Origin: a virus
Length of the DNA stretch: 50,196 nucleotides
Virus record (IMG/VR): IMGVR_UViG_3300006149_000020
Reading direction: 5' to 3' (one strand)
Shown piece by piece: positions 25,939 through 33,622 of this stretch. The position numbers and the translations under genes were made by a program. The notes below the pieces were generated by a model. The model searched no databases and was not told the origin of the DNA. It saw only the letters and a list, made by a program, of their open reading frames with translations. The first letter of the stretch is position 1; each line of letters opens with the position of its first letter.

Positions 25939-26187
25939 ATGGCAAAAGCAAGGGTACGCGCGTGCATAAGTGACACCGGCCTCACCCGTTCAGAATGGGA
26001 GGCGGCGATCCAGGAGGCGGCCCTTGGGATAGAGGACACCCGCATCGCGGAGCTGTATCTTTTGGATGCGGTCCCGCAGGTCGATATCGGCGAAGAGCTT
26101 GGCTTGAGCCGCAGCGCCATATCCAAGCGGCTGTTGAAGATCGTCGATAGGATAGAGCGCACGGCCAAAAGGCTGAATATGATCTGA
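25939..26187 (+). CDS. Sigma-70 region-4-like HTH protein
   Basis: RIAELYLLDAVPQVDIGEELGLSRSAISKRLLKIVDRI. Confidence 0.55.
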   Translation: MAKARVRACISDTGLTRSEWEAAIQEAALGIEDTRIAELYLLDAVPQVDIGEELGLSRSAISKRLLKIVDRIERTAKRLNMI

Positions 26188-26192
26188 CTGGC

Positions 26193-26228
26193 GGAACGCC
26201 CCCTCCGATCATTTGGAGGGGGCGTTCT
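26193..26228. terminator. GC-rich hairpin bounding the late operon and the AT-rich island
   Basis: GGAACGCCCCCTCC-gatcattt-GGAGGGGGCGTTCT. No clear U-tract on either strand. Confidence 0.5.
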
Positions 26229-26237
26229 ATTGCGTAT

Positions 26238-26297
26238 CTACTTGCTGGAGGTTTCCTCCTGTTCAGACGGACGATGCTGGGCATATTCGATTTTCAT
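26238..26297 (-). CDS. Micro-ORF (19 aa) with a strong RBS
   Basis: GGAGG-6nt-ATG on the - strand. MKIEYAQHRPSEQEETSSK. Its stop lies 10 nt from the hairpin. Confidence 0.2.
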   Translation of the reverse strand: MKIEYAQHRPSEQEETSSK

Positions 26298-26508
26298 GGT
26301 AAACCTCCAGGAGCATAAATCTGGGTGCGCCTATATTGCTATAAACTGTGATATTTGTCAACTAAAAAGGTAGAAATAAAAAAATATGCGCCAACGAGCA
26401 GCAAGCGGGCCTAAGACTGCCCCGCCTTGCTCTGCACTAGACCAGGGGAGGAGTTTTCAGTGAATCGAGTAATGTCCAGAAATTCTCCAGACTTGCTATG
26501 GATCCTTA

Positions 26509-27477
26509 TTAGGTCACCCGTGCCCCTTTGCTTCGGTTGCACCGCCAGCAGAGCGTTTGCAAGTTATCTTCGGTTGTAAGACCGCCTCTTGATACTGGGA
26601 TGATATGATCGATTTCTAGCAATAGATTTGGCTCCTGAGCTACTGATGCTCCGCACTGTTTACAAGCAAATCCATCGCGCGCTTTGATTTTTTGACGCAA
26701 TTTACTAGTCATGAGTGCGCGTTGTCCAGCAACACTTTTCCTAAACTTGATTTTTTCAGATAAATAAGAGACGAATTTATTTAGATTTGTAATGTCCATT
26801 ACGATATCACATTGTATGGAAGTGTTTCCGCCAGGACTGATGTATTGGAACACATACTTTGGGAAATGTTCAGTGCTGAAATCTATGATATCAAATCCAA
26901 GTTCTCGTTCGATTTTCTTTTTGCAAAATGTTCGAATCAATGCCGGAATATCCTTTTCTATGCTCAAAAGGATGCTCTCCCGTTCTTTTTGCAATGCTAC
27001 TTTTCCATCTTCTGCCGCCTCGAGATTGTTTAGAAGTGATTCAAACTTTTCCAATGTCTCTTCATCTGCGCTGATATGGAAGTATTTGCAAACGTATTTG
27101 AATGGCTCTTTTCTTGCGCTGTCACATACTGTTCGAGAACAATTGTGGATATTGGGAGCATATTTTTGTTTTTTCAATTCGGGCCTTTTGACATTCCATC
27201 TGCTTTTATCATGGTAATAAGACACACCAGAATCTAGTTTGTTCGCTTCAAGTGGTGTATCTTTCAGCTCTTCGATATGCCTATTCAATTCGTTGCAATC
27301 ATCGATATAAGACTGTATCCTACTTTTTATAGAAAGAAACCGTTTACTTTTGAAATAAATCGAAATGTATATCTTCCAAACGAGAAAAAGGGCGGCAATC
27401 AAAATCAGCACAGGCCAGATAGTGGATAGCATACTGACAATAAGTAAAATCAAAAAAAATATAAGCAGCCATTGCAT
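26509..27477 (-). CDS. Membrane-anchored HNH endonuclease-domain protein
   Basis: N-terminal hydrophobic segment LLIFFLILLIVSMLSTIWPVLILIAALFLVW. C-terminal HNH CKQCG...LEIDHIIPVSRGG...NLQTLCWRCNRSKG. GAAGGAGAG RBS. AT-rich island. Confidence 0.8.
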   Translation of the reverse strand: MQWLLIFFLILLIVSMLSTIWPVLILIAALFLVWKIYISIYFKSKRFLSIKSRIQSYIDDCNELNRHIEELKDTPLEANKLDSGVSYYHDKSRWNVKRPELKKQKYAPNIHNCSRTVCDSARKEPFKYVCKYFHISADEETLEKFESLLNNLEAAEDGKVALQKERESILLSIEKDIPALIRTFCKKKIERELGFDIIDFSTEHFPKYVFQYISPGGNTSIQCDIVMDITNLNKFVSYLSEKIKFRKSVAGQRALMTSKLRQKIKARDGFACKQCGASVAQEPNLLLEIDHIIPVSRGGLTTEDNLQTLCWRCNRSKGARVT

Positions 27478-27592
27478 GTTCTCTCTCTCCTTCTATTTCA
27501 AAATGGAAGCACCCAAAAGTCTCTTGATTCATAAAATATCATATTGTTTACAAGTTGTCCACAATGTACGTAAATTATTTTTTGATGTCCAC

Positions 27593-27621
27593 TTGACATT
27601 TGTACGGAAATATATTATATT
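27593..27621 (+). promoter_or_regulatory. Sigma-70-type promoter for the RHH gene with an overlapping inverted repeat
   Basis: TTGACA-17nt-TATATT. TGTACGG (27601-07) and CCGTACA (27626-32) bracket the -10. TGTCCAC occurs at 27556 and 27586. Confidence 0.55.
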
Positions 27622-27653
27622 ATTACCGTACAAAAATAAAAGGAGGTGGCAAG

Positions 27654-27827
27654 GTGTCGCCCAGAACGGGCCGTCCTACAGATGATCCTAAAAATACTCG
27701 GGTGGAACTTCGATTGTCCGAAAGTGATGCAGCTAAACTCGATTTTTGTTGCAAAGTGTTTGAGCTTACAAAGGCAGAAGTCATCAGACGAGGAATAGAT
27801 AGGGTCTATCAAGAGGCGCAAAAATAG
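27654..27827 (+). CDS. Ribbon-helix-helix (CopG-like) regulator
   Basis: AAAGGAGGTGGCAAG then GTG. SPRTGRPTDDPKNTRVELRLSESDAAKLDFCCKVFELTKAEVIRRGIDRV. Confidence 0.6.
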   Translation: MSPRTGRPTDDPKNTRVELRLSESDAAKLDFCCKVFELTKAEVIRRGIDRVYQEAQK

Positions 27828-27948
27828 AGCGTTGGTGGCCCTCGACAAGCACCCAACGCCCTACGACACCAGGAGGTCACCCAACTGGATACCTCAGTAT
27901 ACCACGAAGGGGGCCTCCGTGCAAGAACAAAAGGAGGTTCTTAGAAAA

Positions 27949-28152
27949 ATGACCGAGATCGAGAAGATGAAGAAGTACATCGAGCGGACGAAGCTCCCCA
28001 GCGCCGGGTTTTACATGAACCTGGACGAAGCGTTCGAACTCGCAGGGCAAGCGTTTGGCTGCGGCGATCTTCCTATTGAAGCCATCTCTCTGGCCTTCAA
28101 CTACGGCAAGGCCAAAGGCTACCGCGCAGCGAAAGCGGAGGTGCGGGCATGA
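27949..28152 (+). CDS. Small hypothetical protein (67 aa)
   Basis: AAAAGGAGG upstream. MTEIEKMKKYIERTKLPSAGFYMNLDEAFELAG...NYGKAKGYRAAKAE. Confidence 0.45.
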   Translation: MTEIEKMKKYIERTKLPSAGFYMNLDEAFELAGQAFGCGDLPIEAISLAFNYGKAKGYRAAKAEVRA

Positions 28153-28700
28153 ACGAGCTGAGAGTCCAGGACTTCCACGGCAAGCAGGTCATCGACAGCC
28201 GGGACGTGGCGGAGATGGTGGAGCGGAGCCACAACGAACTCCTGAAGAGCATTCGGCTCTATATCGGATATCTTACCGAGGGCGAAATCCCCCACGGTGA
28301 ATTCTTCATCGAAGATACCTATATTGATGCGAAAGGCAACACCCGTCCGAACTTTCTCATCACAAAAAAAGGTTGCGACATGATCGCCAACAAGACCACG
28401 GGCAAGAAAGGCGTCCTCTTCACCGCGGCCTACGTCTCCGCCTTCGAGGAGATGCGCCAGACGCTGAGCGCCGTACCGGCCCGCGTGAGTTTGCCGGACG
28501 GGGTCTCGCTGAACGGCTTGGCAAAGCTCATCTCCATCACGCGCCGGGTCATGCTGGACGCCGGGGGCACGCCGCAGGACGTATGCGGCATGGTCCGGGA
28601 GACGTTCTGGGCCGTAGGGTTCCCGGTGCCGTCCACGCTCCCCAAACAGTTGCCGGGCCAGATGAGCCTGTTCGAGCATGGAGAGGGGGCGTCGGCATGA
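28149..28700 (+). CDS. Rha-family phage regulatory protein (paralogue 1)
   Basis: MNELRVQDFHGKQVIDSRDVAEMVERSHNELLKSIR...FLITKKGCDMIANKTTGKKGVLFTAAYVSAFEEM. Confidence 0.8.
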   Translation: MNELRVQDFHGKQVIDSRDVAEMVERSHNELLKSIRLYIGYLTEGEIPHGEFFIEDTYIDAKGNTRPNFLITKKGCDMIANKTTGKKGVLFTAAYVSAFEEMRQTLSAVPARVSLPDGVSLNGLAKLISITRRVMLDAGGTPQDVCGMVRETFWAVGFPVPSTLPKQLPGQMSLFEHGEGASA

Positions 28701-28822
28701 ACGAGAGGACTATGACGATCGCCCAGATCGCAGACCTATGCCAACAGGCGGACGCCCGGGAATTGGACCTGGTATGGCGCATCCTCCATGCCATGCTCGA
28801 TAGGAAGGGGGTCCAGGCATGA
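28697..28822 (+). CDS. Small hypothetical protein (41 aa)
   Basis: ATGA-coupled on both sides. MNERTMTIAQIADLCQQADARELDLVWRILHAMLDRKGVQA. Confidence 0.35.
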   Translation: MNERTMTIAQIADLCQQADARELDLVWRILHAMLDRKGVQA

Positions 28823-29589
28823 ACGAGTTGCAGATCGTCACTTTTGATGGCGTGGACGTGGTGGACAGCCGGGATATCGCAGTTATGGTGGAGCGGGAGC
28901 ACTGTGAACTGCTGAAGAGCATCCGAGTTTACACCCAATACTTAGCCGAAGGGGAAGTTCCCGTGGGCGATTTCTTCCTTGAAAGCACCTATTTTGATGG
29001 GAATAGACAAGAAAGACCGAACTATTTGATTACGAAAAAGGGCTGTGACCTTATCGCGAACAAGATGATGGGGAAGAAAGGTATCTTGTTCACTGCCGCT
29101 TATGTGAATGCCTTTGAGCGCATGAGGAAGCAGGCCCAGCCCCTTACCCCCGCCCAGCTCATCGCGGCCCAGGCCCAGGTTCTGGTGGACATGGAGCGGC
29201 GCATGGACGAGATGCAGGGCCAGACCCGCGCCCTGGAGGTGAAGGTGGACACGGCCATGAAAGCATTCTCCCGGCCGGCGCAGGATCACTGGAAGGCCGA
29301 CATGGACAAGGCGGTGAAGGAGCTGAACGCCCGCATGGGCTGGAGCCTGCCGAAGCTGCAAGGGAAGCTCTATCAAACGCTGGAGGACACGGCGAACTGC
29401 AACCTCAATATGAGGCTGACCGCCCTGCGTAAGCGGATGAAAAAGACCGGCATGAGGTACAGGGACGCGAGGATGCTGAACAAGCTGGACGCCGTCGCGG
29501 CGGACAAGCAGCTCCGGGCCATCTTCGAGGGTATCGTGAGGAGCTATCAGGCCCAGGCGGTCCCCAGCAGAGAGGAGGCCCAGGGATGA
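28819..29589 (+). CDS. Rha-family phage regulatory protein with a coiled C-terminal extension (paralogue 2)
   Basis: MNELQIVTFDGVDVVDSRDIAVMVEREHCELLKSIR...YLITKKGCDLIANKMMGKKGILFTAAYVNAFERM. Confidence 0.8.
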   Translation: MNELQIVTFDGVDVVDSRDIAVMVEREHCELLKSIRVYTQYLAEGEVPVGDFFLESTYFDGNRQERPNYLITKKGCDLIANKMMGKKGILFTAAYVNAFERMRKQAQPLTPAQLIAAQAQVLVDMERRMDEMQGQTRALEVKVDTAMKAFSRPAQDHWKADMDKAVKELNARMGWSLPKLQGKLYQTLEDTANCNLNMRLTALRKRMKKTGMRYRDARMLNKLDAVAADKQLRAIFEGIVRSYQAQAVPSREEAQG

Positions 29590-29837
29590 GCGACGGCGAC
29601 AAGAAGCTCTACGAGCTGACGTTGAACGCAGACGGCCTGCGCTTCCGGCGCGCCGACCCGCACCCGCTGACGGCGGAACAGAAGTACGACATCGCCAGGA
29701 AGCTGCTCCTGCTGGCCGCAGCCGCCCTGTGCGCGGGTTTCGTGTGGGCGATCGCCGCACTGTGTGACGTCCCTGGGCTGCTCATAACGCTGGTGGTCAT
29801 ATCAGTGTTGGCGTTGATAGGTAGGGGGCTGAATTGA
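29586..29837 (+). CDS. Small membrane protein
   Basis: Two hydrophobic helices (LLLLAAAALCAGFVWAIAAL / LLITLVVISVLALIG). Confidence 0.5.
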   Translation: MSDGDKKLYELTLNADGLRFRRADPHPLTAEQKYDIARKLLLLAAAALCAGFVWAIAALCDVPGLLITLVVISVLALIGRGLN

Positions 29838-29867
29838 GGGCAGGCTTTCCGCGATCTAAACACAAAG

Positions 29868-29893
29868 GAGGCTGGGGAGACCCAGCCTCTTTT
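29868..29893 (+). terminator. Rho-independent terminator
   Basis: GAGGCTGGG-gaga-CCCAGCCTC followed by TTTT. Confidence 0.7.
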
Positions 29894-30028
29894 CATCTTT
29901 CCCATAACTTCACATATCTTCACCGAAACGCCGCACAAGGATCGTTCAGATATGATATGCTCGGACCATAGGAGGACATAGAGATCAGGCAGCAAGGCTG
30001 CCATGCCGATAGGCGTCTCTGTGTCCTC

Positions 30029-30502
30029 CTATTCATAGATGCTCGTATATGCCCCCATCCCGGAAAAGTCCATCTCCCCAGAGAACGTGCCTTTATATGG
30101 CGCGTCTACCGGGCCGGAAAGCTTTTCGAACATGATGAGCGCATACTTATCGCCTTCACGTAGCTCGATCTCGTCATTCGATACGTTCGTCAGGCGGAAA
30201 AAGATCTTCGTGTGGTGTCCCGGCTGATATATCGGAGCATCTAGGGACAAACCCTGACGGATCCTGCTGTTTTTCAGCGACAAGCGAGCTATCATATCGT
30301 TCGGTAGCTTGATGTTCTCCTTAGTGCCTACGAAAACCGATTCTCCGCTTTTCAAAGTGACGTGAGAAGTCAGGGCCTCTCGGGAGACGAAATGATCCGC
30401 ACGCAGATCGTACCCGATGCTAGTGAGACAATCCGGCTCGTGGTTCTCAATCAGATCGTGCTTCGATATCCAGTTGTGTATCTCGCGGTCTGTCAGCACC
30501 AT
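30029..30502 (-). CDS. dCTP deaminase / dUTPase-fold protein (divergent)
   Basis: By-eye alignment to E. coli Dcd: MVLTDREIHNWI.., LKSGESVFVGTKENIKLPNDMIARL, YQPGHHTKIFFRLTN, ALIMFEKLSGP. Confidence 0.7.
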   Translation of the reverse strand: MVLTDREIHNWISKHDLIENHEPDCLTSIGYDLRADHFVSREALTSHVTLKSGESVFVGTKENIKLPNDMIARLSLKNSRIRQGLSLDAPIYQPGHHTKIFFRLTNVSNDEIELREGDKYALIMFEKLSGPVDAPYKGTFSGEMDFSGMGAYTSIYE

Positions 30503-30594
30503 ATATACCCCTCCTCGCTGATGGTACGCTTATTATACACCGAACGATGAAGATCGTAAAGCAAGAAAAATACGCTTCGATTTGGAGGTGCCCG

Positions 30595-30981
30595 ATGGGC
30601 TACGCCTATTACGACCCGAACCCCGCCGGGCGGTCCGTCGGGGACTGCACCGTCCGGGCCATCTCGAAAGCTCTGGGGCAGACGTGGGAAGAGACCTATG
30701 TGGGGCTGGCCTTGGAAGGCTTCCGGTGTGGCGACCTGCCCAATGCCGACGATGTGTGGGGGAACTACCTGAAAGCGCATGGCTTCACCCGGCACTGGCT
30801 CCCGGACGAGTGCCCGGAGTGCTACACTGTGGCGGCGTTCGCGCAGGACGAGCCCCAGGGCATCTACGTCTTGTCCATGCCGGGCCGCCATGTGGTGACT
30901 GTGGTGGATGGGAGATATTTCGACTCATGGGACAGCGGGGGAGAGGTCCCCACGTACTACTGGATGAAGGAGCGTCGATGA
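30595..30981 (+). CDS. Hypothetical protein, possible papain-like Cys/His fold
   Basis: TGGAGGTG then ATG. GDCTVRAISKALG...GRHVVTVVDGRYFDSWDSG. An upstream in-frame ATG at 30547 is possible. Confidence 0.5.
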   Translation: MGYAYYDPNPAGRSVGDCTVRAISKALGQTWEETYVGLALEGFRCGDLPNADDVWGNYLKAHGFTRHWLPDECPECYTVAAFAQDEPQGIYVLSMPGRHVVTVVDGRYFDSWDSGGEVPTYYWMKERR

Positions 30982-31475
30982 TGGCATACCCTACCTATCA
31001 ATATCCGGGCTACCAGCCCACTCCGGTCTACTATCCGAGCCCTGTGCCCGACCAGCTCGCCAAGCTCCGGCAGAACCAGATGCAGCAGCCGATGATGCAG
31101 GGGCCGCAGATGCCGCAGCAGCCGGTCCAAGCTGTGCCCCAGCCTCAGCAGGCCGACCCCGGCGGGATCATCTGGGTGCAGGGAGATGCCGGAGCAAAAG
31201 CGTACATGGTGGCCCCTGGGAATACGGTCCCGCTGTGGGACAGCGAGGACCAGGTGATCTATCTGAAATCGGTGGACATGTCCGGTATGCCGTCCATGCG
31301 GGTACTGGATTACACGGAGCGCAGCATCGCACAGCCACAGCGCCAGGAGCAAGCTGCGCCCAAGATAGACCTGACCCCATACATCACCCGGGACGAGCTG
31401 GAGGACATCCTGGCCGAGCGCCTGAAACGGCCTGGGAGGACCGCCAAACCAAAGGAGGAAGCGAACGATGAGTAA
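30978..31475 (+). CDS. Gln/Pro-rich hypothetical protein
   Basis: ATGA-coupled. MMAYPTYQYPGYQPTPVYYPSPVP...QQPMMQGPQMPQQPVQ...IIWVQGDAGAKAYMVAPGNTVPLWDSEDQVIYLKSVD. Confidence 0.55.
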   Translation: MMAYPTYQYPGYQPTPVYYPSPVPDQLAKLRQNQMQQPMMQGPQMPQQPVQAVPQPQQADPGGIIWVQGDAGAKAYMVAPGNTVPLWDSEDQVIYLKSVDMSGMPSMRVLDYTERSIAQPQRQEQAAPKIDLTPYITRDELEDILAERLKRPGRTAKPKEEANDE

Positions 31476-31710
31476 TCCCATTTTCCAGGCCCTGGGCGGG
31501 CCGCGCGGACAGCAGGGAGGCCCTATGGGCATGATGCAGGCTTTCCAGCAGTTCATGCAGCAGAATCAGGGCAAGGACCCAAATGAGATGATCCGGCAGA
31601 TGCTTTCCTCCGGCAAGCTCAACCAGCAGCAGCTCGACCAGGCCCAACAGATGGCGAAGCAGATGGAGGGGCCGTTGAGCGGGATGAAAGCGATGTTTGG
31701 TTTCAAATAA
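31468..31710 (+). CDS. Gln/Met-rich small protein (80 aa)
   Basis: AAAGGAGGAA RBS; 8-nt overlap. ...GGPMGMMQAFQQFMQQNQGKDPNEMIRQMLSSGKLNQQQLDQAQQMAKQ. Confidence 0.5.
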   Translation: MSNPIFQALGGPRGQQGGPMGMMQAFQQFMQQNQGKDPNEMIRQMLSSGKLNQQQLDQAQQMAKQMEGPLSGMKAMFGFK

Positions 31711-31763
31711 GTCTAAAAATGCGGCCGCATTTTAGAAAATACATCAACAAAGGAGAGTAAACT

Positions 31764-32645
31764 ATGTCTCTTGGTAGTGAAAGCGGCGTTCCTGCCGTCA
31801 TGAATGTGGCTCCCACCGGCTCCGGCTACAATGGGAACGGCGGCGGCTGGGGCGGTGACTGGGGAGCTTGGATCATCCTGTTCCTCATCTTCGGCATGTT
31901 CGGCTGGGGCGGCATGGGCGGTTTCGGCGGGTTCGGCGGCGGCGCCGGCCTCCATGGCGCTCTGACCCGCGCCGACCTGTGCAGCGAGTTCAACTTCAAC
32001 GGACTGGAGAACGCCGTGCGCGGGGTGCAGCAGGGAATCTGCGACAGCGCCTATGCCCTCAACAACTCGATCAACGGCCTGGGCGTGAACGTCATGCAGG
32101 GATTCCACGGTGTGGACAATGCTATCTGTAACCTGGGCTTCACCACCCAGCAGGGCTTCAACGCCACCCAGGTGGCCATGATGCAGGGCAACAATGCTCT
32201 TCAAGCGCAGCTCGCCCAGTGCTGCTGCGACAACCGGGTGGGCCAGATGCAGCTCGCCAACCAGATGCAGGCGGACACCTGTGCCCTGACCAACACCATG
32301 AACAACAACACCCGGGACACTTTGGCGAACCAGGACGCCAACGCTCGCGCCATCTTGGACGCCCTGACTGCCCAGCGGCTGGAGGCCAAGGACGAGCGCA
32401 TCGCCGCTCAGGCCGCCCAGATCCAGGCGCTCCAGCTCAGCGCCTCCCAGGCGCAGCAGAACGCCGCGATCGGCGCGATGATCTCCGCCAGCGAGGCCAC
32501 CATCCTGCGCCGCACCGGCGCGGAGTGCCCCACTCCTGCCTACGTGGTGCAGCCGCCCACTCCGGTGAACTTCCCCACCAACTGCTGCGGCACGTTCAAC
32601 GGCTGGGGCAACAACGGCGGCTGTAACGGCGGCTGCGGGTGCTGA
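31764..32645 (+). CDS. Gly/Trp-rich membrane protein with an Asn/Gln/Cys-rich body and a Cys/Gly tail
   Basis: GGGWGGDWGAWIILFLIFGMFGWGGMGGFGGFGGGAG...QCCCDN...NCCGTFNGWGNNGGCNGGCGC. AAAGGAGAG RBS. Confidence 0.55.
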   Translation: MSLGSESGVPAVMNVAPTGSGYNGNGGGWGGDWGAWIILFLIFGMFGWGGMGGFGGFGGGAGLHGALTRADLCSEFNFNGLENAVRGVQQGICDSAYALNNSINGLGVNVMQGFHGVDNAICNLGFTTQQGFNATQVAMMQGNNALQAQLAQCCCDNRVGQMQLANQMQADTCALTNTMNNNTRDTLANQDANARAILDALTAQRLEAKDERIAAQAAQIQALQLSASQAQQNAAIGAMISASEATILRRTGAECPTPAYVVQPPTPVNFPTNCCGTFNGWGNNGGCNGGCGC

Positions 32646-32763
32646 CACGATCCAACGCATTTTTTGACGCAGTCTGATGCGTTGGCTCCCCGGAACGACG
32701 GGTGATCATTTCGGGGCGGCGGACCATGTGTCTGCTGCCCCTGACATTTAGGAGGTATGATCT

Positions 32764-33162
32764 ATGGCCTGTAGACCTGTCTGCAAGCTCTGTGACCGGC
32801 TGGTGATCAGCCAGGCCGTAACCTTTACCGGCGGCAATCTGGCGATCGACCTGCCCGCCGGGAACTATAACAACAAAGAAAAGTACTGCATCGTGGTGGC
32901 CCAGGCGATCCCTGCTGCCACGACTATCAACGCGCCTGTGGTGGTCACCATCGGCGGCGGAACGGAGCTCTATCCTTTGACCGACCGTTGCTGCGCACAG
33001 CTCACCGCCTGCGCCATCCGGACCAGGACGCGGTATGCCACAGTGGTGTCCACCAGCGGGACCGGAGGCACGTTCAAGCTTCTGGGCAACGCCTGCCCGT
33101 GCCCCACCAACAACTTGGCCAGCATCAACGGGACGGCCCCCGCCGCCGCGCCTACGGCCTGA
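32764..33162 (+). CDS. Cys-rich hypothetical protein (132 aa)
   Basis: MACRPVCKLCDRLV...DRCCAQLTACAI...GNACPCPTNN. AGGAGG RBS. Confidence 0.5.
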   Translation: MACRPVCKLCDRLVISQAVTFTGGNLAIDLPAGNYNNKEKYCIVVAQAIPAATTINAPVVVTIGGGTELYPLTDRCCAQLTACAIRTRTRYATVVSTSGTGGTFKLLGNACPCPTNNLASINGTAPAAAPTA

Positions 33163-33178
33163 AAGGAGAGACGACATC

Positions 33179-33610
33179 ATGGAAAAACTTTACGACCTGA
33201 AGGACAAGCTGTGCGAGGAGCTGGAGGAACTCGCCCGCAAGCAGGAGATGGGAGCGGGGGATCTGGAAGTCATCCACAAGCTCACCGACACCATCAAGAA
33301 CATCGATAAGATCTGTATGCTGGAGGACGAAGGCGGCTACAGCGAAGCTGTGGATGGCGGCGACTACGGCCAGGGCTCCAGCTATGCCGGCCGGGGCAGA
33401 CGCAGCCCTAGAGGCCGGTACAGCCGAGACGACGGGCGGGACGGCAGCATGGGCGGCTACAGCTCCCGCCGCCGGGACAGCCGTGGCCGCTACAGCCGCG
33501 ACGATGGCCGCAGCGAGATGATGGAGCACCTGGAGATGGCGATGGACACCGCCACCGAAAAGGACCGGGAGACCATCAAGCGCTTCATGCGCCAGTTGGA
33601 GAACGCCTAA
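33179..33610 (+). CDS. Hypothetical protein with an Arg/Ser/Asp/Gly-rich repeat core
   Basis: Helical N- and C-termini. Core GRGRRSPRGRYSRDDGRDGSMGGYSSRRRDSRGRYSRDDGR, with RGRYSRDDGR appearing twice. Confidence 0.55.
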   Translation: MEKLYDLKDKLCEELEELARKQEMGAGDLEVIHKLTDTIKNIDKICMLEDEGGYSEAVDGGDYGQGSSYAGRGRRSPRGRYSRDDGRDGSMGGYSSRRRDSRGRYSRDDGRSEMMEHLEMAMDTATEKDRETIKRFMRQLENA

Positions 33611-33622
33611 GGGGGTGCGGCG

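Noticed and set aside
27654-28152. RHH protein as the antitoxin of a toxin-antitoxin pair with the next ORF
   Set aside because: The next ORF is about 120 nt away with its own RBS and shows no toxin-family features. The RHH promoter and operator layout fits a regulator of the divergent HNH gene better.
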